DNA from: Candidatus Falkowbacteria bacterium
GTDB lineage: Bacteria; Patescibacteriota; Patescibacteriia; JAACEG01
Length of the DNA stretch: 64,000 nucleotides
Reading direction: 5' to 3'
Assembly (NCBI GenBank): GCA_018651725.1
Contig: JABIDK010000014.1
Coordinates: 70,625 to 134,624 of the forward strand
Position 1 is the first letter of the stretch. Every line of letters begins with the position of its first letter. Both the position numbers and the translations under genes were made by a program. The notes below the pieces were generated by a model. That model was not told the DNA's origin. It did no database searches and saw only the letters and a program-made list of their open reading frames with translations. This document shows, piece by piece, positions 1 through 10,345 of this stretch.

Positions 1-66
1 AAAATTTCCAAAAACAACTTCTGGAAATAGTTCGTGCTTTGGCCGATAAAAGTGTAAAAAAACAAG

Positions 67-552
67 ATGAGAATAAATAATTTTATGACCCCAGATTTTT
101 TTAGAAAAGGTAAAATCCCTGAGAGTCTGCCGGAAGGTATGACGGTTGTTATTAGTGATTTGAAGAATTTAACAAACAAAGAAGAATGTCTAAAGCAGGC
201 TTATGATATTTTATCTGAAAAATATCGAGGATATAGGATAGAAACTTATTTAAAATTATTTAATCTATTTGAGTCTAATTTGAACAAGATTTGGAATAGG
301 TCAGGTTTCCTTCATTGTAATACTTTAAATTATTTGTTAAGAATTTTGCTTATCAAAAGTGGTTTTTTTAGCGAAGAAGATATAAAATTAAAATGGACTC
401 TGGTTTATTATATTTCTCCGCATCAGTATTTGAGAATTAAGACTGACAAAGGCGAGTGGGTAAATATTGATCTTTGGGGAAAAACTTACGGAATAAAATT
501 TGGAAATTACGCCCACGGTTTTAACAGCAGATTATTTTCTGTAAAAAAATAA
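67..552 (+). CDS. Hypothetical protein, possibly a transglutaminase-like Cys/His/Asp papain-fold domain
   Basis: 161-aa ORF. A Cys (SGFLHCNT), a His (SPHQYL) and an Asp (NIDLW) are spaced as in transglutaminase-like cores. This is recalled from memory only. Confidence 0.3.
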   Translation: MRINNFMTPDFFRKGKIPESLPEGMTVVISDLKNLTNKEECLKQAYDILSEKYRGYRIETYLKLFNLFESNLNKIWNRSGFLHCNTLNYLLRILLIKSGFFSEEDIKLKWTLVYYISPHQYLRIKTDKGEWVNIDLWGKTYGIKFGNYAHGFNSRLFSVKK

Positions 553-686
553 TCAAATAAGATTATAATAAATTTACTAAAAAAGAACAAAAATCCCGTT
601 ATTGTTTTAGTGGGATTTTTATTTTTTTAAAAAATTTGGTATACTGTAATTAGTCAAAAGTTGTTTGAATTATTTTTTTATTTTTT

Positions 687-1577
687 ATGGCTTATTTGCT
701 GAGTGATTTTAAATTGAAAGTTGGGTATTGGATTGTTACGCATAAGATTTTTATTAAAAAATTAGCGGTTTTTGGTTTGTTTGTTTTAAATATTTTGTTG
801 GTTAGTTTTTCTTTTGTAAAATTGGTGGAGTATTATTCTGTTGGCTCGGTTCAGTTTGAGAAGATGATTCATCAGCTCGGTATTTATAATATTGATTATG
901 TTAGTTATCAAAGAAAAAACGCTCCGCAGAATATTAAGATTATAGAAATAGACTCCATAAATTTAGGGAATAATAAATATAGCTTTATTGCCAAGGCAAA
1001 AAATCCCAATATAAATAAATGGGTGGCAACAGAACTGGAATATTATTTTGTATATAATAATCAAAAAACCGAGAAAAGCAAAACTTTTATTTTACCTGGA
1101 GATGAAAAATTTTTTGGAAGTTTTAATATTGAAAGTCCTACAAAAATTGCACGTCCTCGACTTGTTATCTCTGGCGTAAAATGGGAAAGAATCAGAGCCG
1201 GGGATCTGGAGGATTTTTTAAACAAAATAAAAGAGCATGTTAATTTTAGCATTACAGACGAGAAATTTTTAAACGCAAGTGATCTTGGGGTTCAAAGTGA
1301 GGGACCAATGAGCGCTATTAGATTTACTGCTGAGAACAAAACAATCTATGGTTACTATGAAGTTGGTTTTTTTGTAGTTACTTATGTTGGGCCGGTTATT
1401 ACGAGTGCTAACTTTTTTCAAATAGATAGTTTTTTACCACAAGAAAAAAGAGAAGTTGAGCTTCGTTGGCATGGAGCTATTTCTCGGCCATCGCGGATTG
1501 AGATTATCCCGGAGATAAATATTATGGACAAAAATTTTATTATGCGAGAGAATGATACTGTCGGGCTACCTAAGTAA
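687..1577 (+). CDS. Hypothetical membrane-anchored protein
   Basis: 296-aa ORF with a hydrophobic N-terminal segment. No motif recognised. Confidence 0.4.
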   Translation: MAYLLSDFKLKVGYWIVTHKIFIKKLAVFGLFVLNILLVSFSFVKLVEYYSVGSVQFEKMIHQLGIYNIDYVSYQRKNAPQNIKIIEIDSINLGNNKYSFIAKAKNPNINKWVATELEYYFVYNNQKTEKSKTFILPGDEKFFGSFNIESPTKIARPRLVISGVKWERIRAGDLEDFLNKIKEHVNFSITDEKFLNASDLGVQSEGPMSAIRFTAENKTIYGYYEVGFFVVTYVGPVITSANFFQIDSFLPQEKREVELRWHGAISRPSRIEIIPEINIMDKNFIMRENDTVGLPK

Positions 1578-1595
1578 TTATTTAAACAAACAGTA

Positions 1596-2690
1596 ATGAT
1601 TAAAATTAAAAATTTAGGTTTTATTGAGTGGGGGTTATTTACAATAACCCTTATTTTATTATTGTTTGGTTTAGTGATGATCTACAGTCTTGATTTGGCT
1701 CAGGATAATGGTTTTTTGTTTTTTAAAAAGCAGTTAATCTTTGCTTGTATCGGAGTGGCCTTGTTTTTTATTTTTAGTAATTTTAACTATAAAATTTTAA
1801 AAACTTATAGTTATTGGTTTTATTTATTTGCCTTAGGATTACTTTTCGCAGTGTTATTTGTTGGAGAAACTATCAGAGGAACCAAGGGTTGGTTTGCTTT
1901 GCCAGGATTTCAATTTCAGCCCGTGGAGCTTACGAAGATATTTTTGATTCTGGTGTTAGCTCGTTTTTTTGCCTATCGCGCTTATGAGATTAAAAGATTT
2001 CAAACAATTATTTTAAGCAGTGTTTTATTTGCACCTTCTTTTTTATTAGTAATGTTTCAGCCCGACCTTGGTTCAGCCATAGTTTTGTTTATGATTTGGT
2101 TGGGAATGGTTTTGGTTAGCGGAATTAAGAAAAAACATCTGGCTATCATTGGAGTGATTTTGCTTGTTGTTTTTATTTTGGCTTGGTTTTTTGGTTTTAA
2201 AGATTATCAAAAAGCCAGGATAGCCACTTTTTTAAATCCGGCTTCTGACTCACTCGGAATAGGCTATAACGTTATTCAATCAACTATTGCGATTGGCTCC
2301 GGACAAATATTTGGCAGAGGAATTTCTTTGGGAAGCCAGAGCCAGCTTAATTTTTTGCCGGAGGCTCACACTGATTTTATCTTTTCCAGCTTGGCCGAGG
2401 CTTTGGGTTTTTTAGGAGCAAGCTTAGTTTTATTTTTATATGGATTTTTATTTTTTAGAGTAGTAAGAAAAATAAAATCAATAAAAGGAGATTTTGCTGT
2501 TTTTTTAGTGGTTGGTATTTTGATTTATTTTATTTCTCAGATTGTTTTAAACATCGCTATGAATATGAGTATCGCTCCTGTTGTCGGATTGCCTTTACCG
2601 CTTCTCAGTTATGGTGGTAGTTCACTTGTAGTAAGTATGATAATGCTTGGGATTATTTCTCAAGTCTTAATAAGGGCTAAGTATGAGTAA
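1596..2690 (+). CDS. ftsW: SEDS-family cell-wall polymerase (FtsW/RodA/SpoVE)
   Basis: 364 aa, polytopic. Conserved SEDS blocks include GTKGWFALPGFQFQPVELTKI, PDLGSA and QLNFLPEAHTDFIFS. Confidence 0.85.
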   Translation: MIKIKNLGFIEWGLFTITLILLLFGLVMIYSLDLAQDNGFLFFKKQLIFACIGVALFFIFSNFNYKILKTYSYWFYLFALGLLFAVLFVGETIRGTKGWFALPGFQFQPVELTKIFLILVLARFFAYRAYEIKRFQTIILSSVLFAPSFLLVMFQPDLGSAIVLFMIWLGMVLVSGIKKKHLAIIGVILLVVFILAWFFGFKDYQKARIATFLNPASDSLGIGYNVIQSTIAIGSGQIFGRGISLGSQSQLNFLPEAHTDFIFSSLAEALGFLGASLVLFLYGFLFFRVVRKIKSIKGDFAVFLVVGILIYFISQIVLNIAMNMSIAPVVGLPLPLLSYGGSSLVVSMIMLGIISQVLIRAKYE

Positions 2691-4107
2691 ATCAAAAATA
2701 TTGTTATTTTCTTCTATTTCTTTTATTCTCGGTATTGCTTTTTCAGAATTTTTAGCAGTACCTTTTTTTATTGTTTATACAATATTTATTTTAACAGTTG
2801 TTACCCTGTTTTTAAAAAATAAAAAAAGATTTTTGTTATTTTTTTTACTTTTCTTTTTAGCTGGAATATTGCGCTTTGATTTTTCCAGACCAAAAGAAAT
2901 AAATGTAGAAGAAAAAATAATTTTTAACGGAATTATTATAGAAGAAGTAGAAGATAGAAATGATTATCAAAATTTAGTTGTTCAAGATGAGATAGGCAGA
3001 AGAGCTCTGGTTAGGGTCAATAGCTATCCAAAATATTTTTTTGGGGAGAGTTTAAAAATAAACTGTAAGCCAAAAGCAATTGACTTGGAAAGCTCTTATG
3101 GTCGATATTTAACAAAGAATAAAATAAACTATATTTGCTATTATCCAAAAATTGAAGTTTTATCTTCCGTGTCAGGCAATACGGTATACTCGCAAATTTT
3201 AAAATTCAAGCAAAATGGAAAAGAGATAATTAACAAAAACGTTCCTTCCCCGGAAGCGGAAATTTTAGGAGCTATGCTTTTGGGGTATAAAAAAGAAATT
3301 CCCCAAGAATGGAGAGGGCGTTTTTCAATAGCTGGCATAAGTCATATTGTGGCGATATCCGGAATGCATTTGGTTATAATAAGTATTATTTTAATGATCG
3401 GTTTAATTCGTGTCGGACTTTGGCGTCAACAAGCTTTTTACGCTACTATAATTTTTTTGTGGCTTTACATTACAATGATTGCTTATCCGGCTTCGGCTGT
3501 GCGAGCCGGAATTATGATTAGTTTAGTTTTATGGGCGCAACATTTAGGGCGAGCTCGAAATGTAATTTCTGTAATTTTTTTCGCAGCCGCTATTTTGCTT
3601 TTAGTTAATCCTTTATTTTTATTAAGCGACATTGGTTTCCAGCTTTCTTTTTTAGCTGTTTTGGGTATTATTTATTTAACTCCGATTTTTTCTTTTTGGT
3701 TTCGTAAAGTTCCGGACTTTTGGGATTTAAAGAAAATTTTACTCGTCACTTTATCTGCCCAAATCGTCACTCTGCCACTTTCGGTTTATTATTTTGAAAT
3801 TATTCCGCTTTTGGCTCTTCCTATTAATCTGATTATTATTCCGTTATTGCCGATTATTTTTATTTTAGGGATGTTGATTATATTCACAGGATTTTTTTGG
3901 TCGAGTGTTTCAATTTTTATTGGATATTTAGTTTGGGCAATTTTAAATATTGTGCTTAAAATAGTTTTAGCGATTTCTTCATTAAAATTCAGTAGTTTTC
4001 AAGTAGAAGAAATTAATCTTTTCTGGATATTCGGAGTTTACGCAATTTTAATTTTTGCAGTTTATAAAATAAAAAAGAAGCAAGATTTTGAAATAATGAT
4101 GGAGTAA
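2683..4107 (+). CDS. comEC: ComEC/Rec2 DNA-uptake channel, membrane competence domain only
   Basis: 474-aa polytopic ORF. It has the DUF4131-like N-terminus and competence-domain motifs (ISHIVAISGMHL). It ends before the lactamase domain. Confidence 0.8.
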   Translation: MSKSKILLFSSISFILGIAFSEFLAVPFFIVYTIFILTVVTLFLKNKKRFLLFFLLFFLAGILRFDFSRPKEINVEEKIIFNGIIIEEVEDRNDYQNLVVQDEIGRRALVRVNSYPKYFFGESLKINCKPKAIDLESSYGRYLTKNKINYICYYPKIEVLSSVSGNTVYSQILKFKQNGKEIINKNVPSPEAEILGAMLLGYKKEIPQEWRGRFSIAGISHIVAISGMHLVIISIILMIGLIRVGLWRQQAFYATIIFLWLYITMIAYPASAVRAGIMISLVLWAQHLGRARNVISVIFFAAAILLLVNPLFLLSDIGFQLSFLAVLGIIYLTPIFSFWFRKVPDFWDLKKILLVTLSAQIVTLPLSVYYFEIIPLLALPINLIIIPLLPIIFILGMLIIFTGFFWSSVSIFIGYLVWAILNIVLKIVLAISSLKFSSFQVEEINLFWIFGVYAILIFAVYKIKKKQDFEIMME

Positions 4108-4111
4108 TTTT

Positions 4112-4987
4112 ATGCTTCTAACTAAACAACAAAAAGTTCAAATTTTTTCACTGATTATTTTTTTAGCGGGATTTTTTGGATTTAATATTTTTTCAACTCA
4201 AGAAAATAGCGATAAACTAAGAGTGACATTTTTTGATGTTGGACAAGGAGATTCTTGCTTAATCCAAACTCCTTTTGGACAGGACATTTTAATTGATGGC
4301 GGTCCGGATAAAAGCGTTATTCAGAAGTTAAGTAAAGCAATGCCTTTTTACGATCGAACAATTGATATGATAATTATCACTCATCCGCATGCTGATCACA
4401 TCACCGGCATCATAGAAGTTTTGCAAAAATACAAAGTTGAAAAAATTTATTACAGCGGAGTTATGTATCCGTCTGATTTTTATGTTGAGTTGCTGCAAAA
4501 AATTGAAGAACACAATGTTCCAAAAATTGTGATTAATAAAAATCAAGAAATAAATTTGGAACAAGATTTAAATTTAAAATTTTTATTTCCAAACGAAGAT
4601 TTGCGAGGAAAAGAAGTTTTAAATTTAAATAATACCTCTTTGGTTGTAAGAATGGATTATAAAAAAGATTCTTTTTTATTTATGGCAGATGCCGAGCAAG
4701 AAGTAGAACAAATTTTACTAAAAGAAAGTTTAGATTTAAAAGCAGACATTTTAAAAGTAGGCCACCAAGGCGCGGCTGATTCCAGTAGCCAAGAATTTCT
4801 AAAAGTAGTTTCTCCGGAAATCGCCATTGTCTCGGTTGGAGAAGACAACAAATACGGCCACCCCTCAAGAAGAGTTTTAAAGCGTTTAGAAAAATTAAAC
4901 GCAGAAATATTCCGCACAGATCACAACGGAGACATTAAAATAATATCTAGTGGAGATAATGATTATAAAGTTATAGTTGAAAGATAA
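4112..4987 (+). CDS. MBL-fold metallo-hydrolase, the ComEC C-terminal Lactamase_B-type domain as a separate ORF
   Basis: 291 aa with an N-terminal transmembrane segment. Motifs FFDVGQGDSCLIQTP, ILIDGGPD and THPHADHITG match the ComEC C-terminal domain. It starts 4 nt after the comEC stop. Confidence 0.75.
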   Translation: MLLTKQQKVQIFSLIIFLAGFFGFNIFSTQENSDKLRVTFFDVGQGDSCLIQTPFGQDILIDGGPDKSVIQKLSKAMPFYDRTIDMIIITHPHADHITGIIEVLQKYKVEKIYYSGVMYPSDFYVELLQKIEEHNVPKIVINKNQEINLEQDLNLKFLFPNEDLRGKEVLNLNNTSLVVRMDYKKDSFLFMADAEQEVEQILLKESLDLKADILKVGHQGAADSSSQEFLKVVSPEIAIVSVGEDNKYGHPSRRVLKRLEKLNAEIFRTDHNGDIKIISSGDNDYKVIVER

Positions 4988-5044
4988 AGCTTGTATTGAC
5001 TTTTTCTATATTTATTGCTATAAAACAGGAAACAAAAGAGGAGG

Positions 5045-5073
5045 GACAACCTAGGAAATAGGCTGTCTTTTTT
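5045..5073 (+). terminator. Rho-independent terminator after the MBL gene
   Basis: Hairpin GACAACCT-AGGAAAT-AGGCTGTC with one mismatch, followed by TTTTTT. Confidence 0.5.
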
Positions 5074-5167
5074 GATTTTTGAACTTTGACAATTTAAGGA
5101 GAAAATAGATTGTAATGTAATTTTTGGCTTTTAAATTAAAGAAAAACTCAAACAAAGGAGAACGAAG

Positions 5168-8100
5168 ATGAAGAAAAAAGTTAAACAGTTTTACCGCATG
5201 ATTGATGGCATGGAATTTTGCTTCAATGTGGAGCACACAGAAACTTTGACCGATGCAGAATTAGGTCAATTAAAACTTTTATTTGCAGATGGCTTTATTG
5301 CTGAAACTGTTACAGAGAAACCAGGTATAGCAGATGAGGTAGTAGCTGAGGTTGGACCTCGGCTTAACTTTGAAACGGCTTGGTCGTCCAATATGGTTTC
5401 AATTTGTCATGCAACCGGCTTGGACAAAGTTACTCGCGTTGAGCGATCGAGGAGATATTTTGTTGATAACGATGTGAACAGACAAGAGTTTATTGATTCT
5501 CATCACGACAGGATGACAGAATGTCATTATCTTGAATCGCTTTCAACTTTTGATACCGGTATTGAACCCGAATCTGTGTACGATGTGGAACTTATTGATG
5601 GTGGAGCAGATCTTCTCGAGAGTATCCCTGGTATCTCCATGGATTCGCGGGATCGTAATTTTTACTACGATTACTTTGTAGGTAAGCATGAGCGTAACCC
5701 AACGATTGTAGAGATCATGGATCTGAATAATGCCAACTGTGAACATTCACGGCATGGTTATTTCAGAGGCAAGCATGTGATTAACGATGAAGAAATGGAC
5801 GAAACTCTTTTAGAGATCGTCCAATCAACTCTCGCGGGAAAGGAAGAAAATAGCATTATTGCTTACACGGATAACTCCAGCGGGATTTACGGCAGACCAA
5901 TTAATACAATTATACCGGAAAATCCTGGCTATCCATCCAAGTTTGAAAGCAGTTATCCAACTTATCATATTCTTTTTACCGCGGAAACTCATAATTTTCC
6001 AACCGGCGTGGCTCCTAAACCTGGAGCTGAAACCGGAACAGGTGGAAGAATTCGTGATATTCAGGGAACAGGAAAAGGCGGATTTGTAGTTGCCGGAACT
6101 GCTGGATATTGCGTGGCGAATTTGCATATTTCCGGATACGATCTTCCTTGGGAAGAACGGCTTGAATATCCGTCGAATTTGGCAAGCGCCCTGCAGATTG
6201 AAATTGAAGCCAGTAACGGTGCCTCCGACTATGGCAACAAATTTGGTGAACCGGTTATTCAAGGCTTTACTCATTCTTTTGATATGCGTTTTCCAAACAA
6301 TGAACGATGGGGATTTTTAAAACCCATCATGTTCACCGGCGGAATCGGTCAGATTGATGATCGACACATTGAAAAAGAAGAACAAGAAAAAGGAATGCTT
6401 ATCGTTCAAGTAGGCGGACCGGCCTATCGAGTTGGCTTTGGCGGTGGCGCGGCATCGAGTATGTTACAAGGTGACAACGTTGAAGATCTTGATTTTAACG
6501 CTGTTCAGCGTGGTAATGCTGAAATGGAGCAGAAGATGAATCGAGTTATTCGCGCTTGCAATGAAATGGGTGATAAAACTTTAATTGATGTCATTCATGA
6601 TCAGGGTGCCGGTGGTCCAGGCAATGTCTTAAAAGAACTGGTTGAAAAATCAGGTGGTTGGATTGAAATTCGCAGAATTAATGTTGGTGATCCAACTATG
6701 TCGGTGCTTGAGATTTATGTAGCTGAGTATCAGGAGCGAAACGGTTTTCTGATTTGCCCTGAGAATATTGAGCGTTTTCAAGCGATCTGTAATCGTGAAA
6801 AAGTCAACTGTGAAGTGTTGGGTGAAGTAACCGGTGACATGCGCTTTGTTGTTCGTGACGAACAAGATGGCTCAACCCCGGTTGATGTTGAACTGGACGT
6901 TGTTTTAGGGGATATTCCTCAAAAAACATTTGAAGCTGTTCATGTTGATCCGCACCTTAAACCATTAGTTTTGCCAGAAGAATTGACTGTGAAAGATGCG
7001 CTTCGCGATGTTTTACGTCTTATGTCTGTTGGTTCAAAGCGTTTTTTAACTAACAAAGTTGACCGAGCTGTGACCGGACTGGTTGCTCAGCAACAATGTT
7101 GCGGTCCTTTGCAGCTTTCGGTTGCTGACGTGGCTGTGATTGCGCAAAGCCATTTTGTAAAAAGTGGCGCAGCCACTGCAATTGGCGAACAACCAAATAA
7201 AATGTTGGTTGATCCGAAAGCAGGTGCGCGTATGGCCGTTGGTGAAGCTTTGACAAATCTGGTTTGGGCAAAAATCGATGACTTAGACAGTGTAAAATGT
7301 TCCGCTAACTGGATGTGGGCGCCAAAACTCCCAGGTGAGGGAGCGGCGCTTTATGATGCGGTTGATGAAATGCGTGGCTGTATGAAAAAACTTGGCGTTG
7401 CAGTTGACGGCGGTAAAGATAGTTTGTCAATGGCGACCCGCGTTGGTAAAGAGACTGTTAAATCTCCGCGACAACTTGTACTTTCAACATACGCAACTAT
7501 GTTGGATATCAACAAAGTTGTTACCCCGGATATTAAAAGACCGGGCGAAAGTCGAATACTTTTTATTGATCTTAGTAATGGAAAAAATCGATTGGGCGGA
7601 TCTGCTTTAGCGCAGGTTCATAAGCAAATCGGCAACGAATCTCCGGACATGGATGATCCGGATCTTATCAAACGAGCATTTCAAGCAACACAGGAACTGA
7701 TTGGCAGAGATATTATTCTTGCCGGTCACGATCGAAGTGATGGTGGATTTATAACCACTGTTCTGGAGATGGCTTTTGCTGGAAATTGCGGATTCGCAAT
7801 AGATGTAGCAAAAACAGACGATGTTCTGGCAACACTTTTTTCCGAAGAGCTTGGGTTGATTATTGAAGTTGCTAGTGAACAGGTAAAATTGGTTCAAGAA
7901 ACTTTTGATAATCACAGGGTTCCATGTATTGAAATTGGACATACCAAGAAAGAAAAACTCATAACGATTTTTTCTGATTCCGGTTTTGTCCTGTGGAAAG
8001 ACATGAGAGTGTTGCGTTCGTGGTGGGAAGAAAGTAGCTATCAACTTGAAAAACAACAGATGAACCCGGACTGCGCAAATGAAGAAAAGGAAAATATTTA

Positions 8101-8986
8101 TGATCGCAAAGGACCGAGTTATAATTTGAGTTTTACACCTCAAAAAACATCATCGGAAATTCTTCTGATGAACGATAAACCCAAAGTAGCAATTTTGCGT
8201 GACGAAGGCAGTAACTCCGATCGCGAGATGGCCTCGGCGTTTTATCAAGCCGGGTTTGAGCCATGGGATGTGACCATGACCGATCTGCTTGAAGACCGGA
8301 TTAATTTAGAACAATTTCGCGGTCTGGCTGCAGTTGGAGGTTTTTCCTACGCTGATGTCCCAGAAAGCGCTAAAGGCTGGGCAGCAACGATCATGTTTAA
8401 TGAAAAGTTAAAGGCGATGTTTAATGAATTTTATACTCGCCCCGATACTTTTTCATTAGGTGTGTGTAACGGTTGTCAGTTGTTTGCACTCATTGGCTGG
8501 GTTCCATGGCAAGGAATTGCGCCGGAGGACCAACCGCGATTTGTTAAAAATAAATCCGGTCGTTTTGAATCTCGCTGGTCAACAGTTAAAGTGCTGGAAA
8601 GCTCTTCAATTATGCTCAGTGGCATGGAAGATATGATATTTGGTATTCATGTTGACCATAGTGAAGGACAACTTGTTTTTCCAAACAAGGATGTTTTTAA
8701 AGAGGCAGCAACTAATCTCCAACTACCTGTTGCCTATGTTAATGACAACAATAAAATAACTGAAGATTACCCGTTTAATCCGAACGGATCTGCGAACGGA
8801 TTGACAGCCATTTGTACAGAAGACGGTCGTCATCTGGCAATGATGCCTCATCCGGAAAGATGCTTTCTGCCTTGGCAATGTCATTGGTTACCGGAAGAAA
8901 TGAAAGAAGAATTACGCCAAATTGGTGTGTCGCCTTGGATGAAAATGTTCCAAAATGCATACGATTGGTGTATAAAAGCTGAGTAA
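5168..8986 (+). CDS. purL: Phosphoribosylformylglycinamidine (FGAM) synthase, large single-chain form with a C-terminal glutaminase domain
   Basis: 1272 aa. The N-terminal and AIRS-like domains resemble E. coli PurL. The C-terminus has a class-I glutamine amidotransferase triad (GVCNGCQ ... HPE). The GC content is higher than in neighbouring genes. Confidence 0.9.
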   Translation: MKKKVKQFYRMIDGMEFCFNVEHTETLTDAELGQLKLLFADGFIAETVTEKPGIADEVVAEVGPRLNFETAWSSNMVSICHATGLDKVTRVERSRRYFVDNDVNRQEFIDSHHDRMTECHYLESLSTFDTGIEPESVYDVELIDGGADLLESIPGISMDSRDRNFYYDYFVGKHERNPTIVEIMDLNNANCEHSRHGYFRGKHVINDEEMDETLLEIVQSTLAGKEENSIIAYTDNSSGIYGRPINTIIPENPGYPSKFESSYPTYHILFTAETHNFPTGVAPKPGAETGTGGRIRDIQGTGKGGFVVAGTAGYCVANLHISGYDLPWEERLEYPSNLASALQIEIEASNGASDYGNKFGEPVIQGFTHSFDMRFPNNERWGFLKPIMFTGGIGQIDDRHIEKEEQEKGMLIVQVGGPAYRVGFGGGAASSMLQGDNVEDLDFNAVQRGNAEMEQKMNRVIRACNEMGDKTLIDVIHDQGAGGPGNVLKELVEKSGGWIEIRRINVGDPTMSVLEIYVAEYQERNGFLICPENIERFQAICNREKVNCEVLGEVTGDMRFVVRDEQDGSTPVDVELDVVLGDIPQKTFEAVHVDPHLKPLVLPEELTVKDALRDVLRLMSVGSKRFLTNKVDRAVTGLVAQQQCCGPLQLSVADVAVIAQSHFVKSGAATAIGEQPNKMLVDPKAGARMAVGEALTNLVWAKIDDLDSVKCSANWMWAPKLPGEGAALYDAVDEMRGCMKKLGVAVDGGKDSLSMATRVGKETVKSPRQLVLSTYATMLDINKVVTPDIKRPGESRILFIDLSNGKNRLGGSALAQVHKQIGNESPDMDDPDLIKRAFQATQELIGRDIILAGHDRSDGGFITTVLEMAFAGNCGFAIDVAKTDDVLATLFSEELGLIIEVASEQVKLVQETFDNHRVPCIEIGHTKKEKLITIFSDSGFVLWKDMRVLRSWWEESSYQLEKQQMNPDCANEEKENIYDRKGPSYNLSFTPQKTSSEILLMNDKPKVAILRDEGSNSDREMASAFYQAGFEPWDVTMTDLLEDRINLEQFRGLAAVGGFSYADVPESAKGWAATIMFNEKLKAMFNEFYTRPDTFSLGVCNGCQLFALIGWVPWQGIAPEDQPRFVKNKSGRFESRWSTVKVLESSSIMLSGMEDMIFGIHVDHSEGQLVFPNKDVFKEAATNLQLPVAYVNDNNKITEDYPFNPNGSANGLTAICTEDGRHLAMMPHPERCFLPWQCHWLPEEMKEELRQIGVSPWMKMFQNAYDWCIKAE

Positions 8987-9052
8987 ATTAAAATTGGTCC
9001 TTGTTGAATATTATTCCAACAAGGACCACAACTTTTCACAGGAGGAAAAAGA

Positions 9053-10192
9053 ATGACTGATAAGTACAAAGAAGACGGTGTTGATATTGACGTGGGAGAT
9101 GCTTTTAGTAAGCTTGCAGGATTAATTGCCAGATCTACTTATGATATTTCTCCGTTTGTGAAAGTGCATGATCTTTCCAAAGGAATGTTCAGAGGCCCGA
9201 GAGGATTTACCTGGCAAAATCTTCCAAAAGGATGCATTAACACTGGAACAGTAGACGGTATTGGTACAAAAGTTGTGATCATTGTTGCGTCAGGAAAAGC
9301 GGAGACCAGCGCCAATGATGTGATAGCCATGACAGCAATGGACATTACCCGTTGGGGTGGGTTGCCATTGGTGTTTCTCAATGTTTTTGATGTCAGAACT
9401 CTTGGAGAGATTGGCTCTGAAACCTATCAACTTTGTCAGAATGTTATGGCTGGCCTAGGAACCGTTGCTAAAGAACATGGATATGTTGTTTTGACCGGTG
9501 AGACCGCTGAGCTTGGCAAATGTGTTGGATCTGAAGATGAACAAGCAAAGCTTATGTTTAATTGGGCCGGCACAATGTTGGGAGTCTATCATCCAAATAA
9601 AATGATCTTGGGTGACACGCTTGCTCCCGAACAAAGCATTATTGTCTTTGCTGATTATTTTCGCAGTAACGGCATCAGTAGTGTGCGCAGAGGATTAGCC
9701 AATCATAGAGGACGTATGTGGTGGCAAAATTCTCAAGCAAAAGAAGATATCATTGCTTGTGCAACTCCATCAAAGCAATATGATCGCATGTTCAATGAGG
9801 CTCATGGATGGCTCAATGAGCCAGAATTTGATTCTCTTGTTAAAATGCATTTGATTGTTCATCTTTCAGGAGGTGCGTTTGAATCAAAACTGGGTGAAGA
9901 TATACTTAAGCCCCTTTGTTTGTCGGCTGAACTTTCGGATTTATTTGACCCGCCCGATATAATGAAAAAATGCGCTAATTGGAGGGAAATGGAACCTCAG
10001 GAATGTTATAAAACCTGGAACGGGGGACAGGGTGCATTAGCGGTAGTTGATAAGAAAGATGAAGGAATAATGCTTGCCTTGGCTGAAAAATATGGCATCC
10101 GGGCAAGAGTTGCCGGACAAATCACCGAAAGAAAAGAGCACACCGTTACCATTAAATCAAAATTTGGCAATGGAGAGATGATTTATTATTAA
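9053..10192 (+). CDS. purM: PurM-like AIR synthetase (phosphoribosylformylglycinamidine cyclo-ligase family)
   Basis: 379 aa. It starts MTDK...GVDID.G like PurM and has the DG(I)GTK motif. A GGAGG ribosome-binding site lies upstream. Confidence 0.75.
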   Translation: MTDKYKEDGVDIDVGDAFSKLAGLIARSTYDISPFVKVHDLSKGMFRGPRGFTWQNLPKGCINTGTVDGIGTKVVIIVASGKAETSANDVIAMTAMDITRWGGLPLVFLNVFDVRTLGEIGSETYQLCQNVMAGLGTVAKEHGYVVLTGETAELGKCVGSEDEQAKLMFNWAGTMLGVYHPNKMILGDTLAPEQSIIVFADYFRSNGISSVRRGLANHRGRMWWQNSQAKEDIIACATPSKQYDRMFNEAHGWLNEPEFDSLVKMHLIVHLSGGAFESKLGEDILKPLCLSAELSDLFDPPDIMKKCANWREMEPQECYKTWNGGQGALAVVDKKDEGIMLALAEKYGIRARVAGQITERKEHTVTIKSKFGNGEMIYY

Positions 10193-10220
10193 TAAAATTC
10201 TCGTTCTTTAATAACAATAA

Positions 10221-10249
10221 CAAGCCGTTGGTTTACCAGCGGCTTTTTT
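10221..10249 (+). terminator. Rho-independent terminator after purM
   Basis: AAGCCGTTGG-TTTA-CCAGCGGCTT followed by TTTTTTT. Confidence 0.6.
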
Positions 10250-10345
10250 TCTTGATTTAAAGCCAAATGCTTGCTTGTACTTTTTATAGTTATAAAGTTT
10301 AGAACCGCTAAACCTATTATTATTGACTTTTAAGGTGAAAAATGT

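Noticed and set aside
1061-1252. Many short antisense ORFs in the six-frame track. Examples are 1061..1252-, 3141..3338-, 4328..4564-, 5825..6274-, 7607..8143-, 16021..16293-, 20757..21137-, 55691..56059-, 61633..61944-.
   Set aside because: Each lies entirely inside a longer, well-supported + strand gene with clear homology. They have no independent motif or ribosome-binding site. Low-complexity AT-rich DNA generates such frames by chance.
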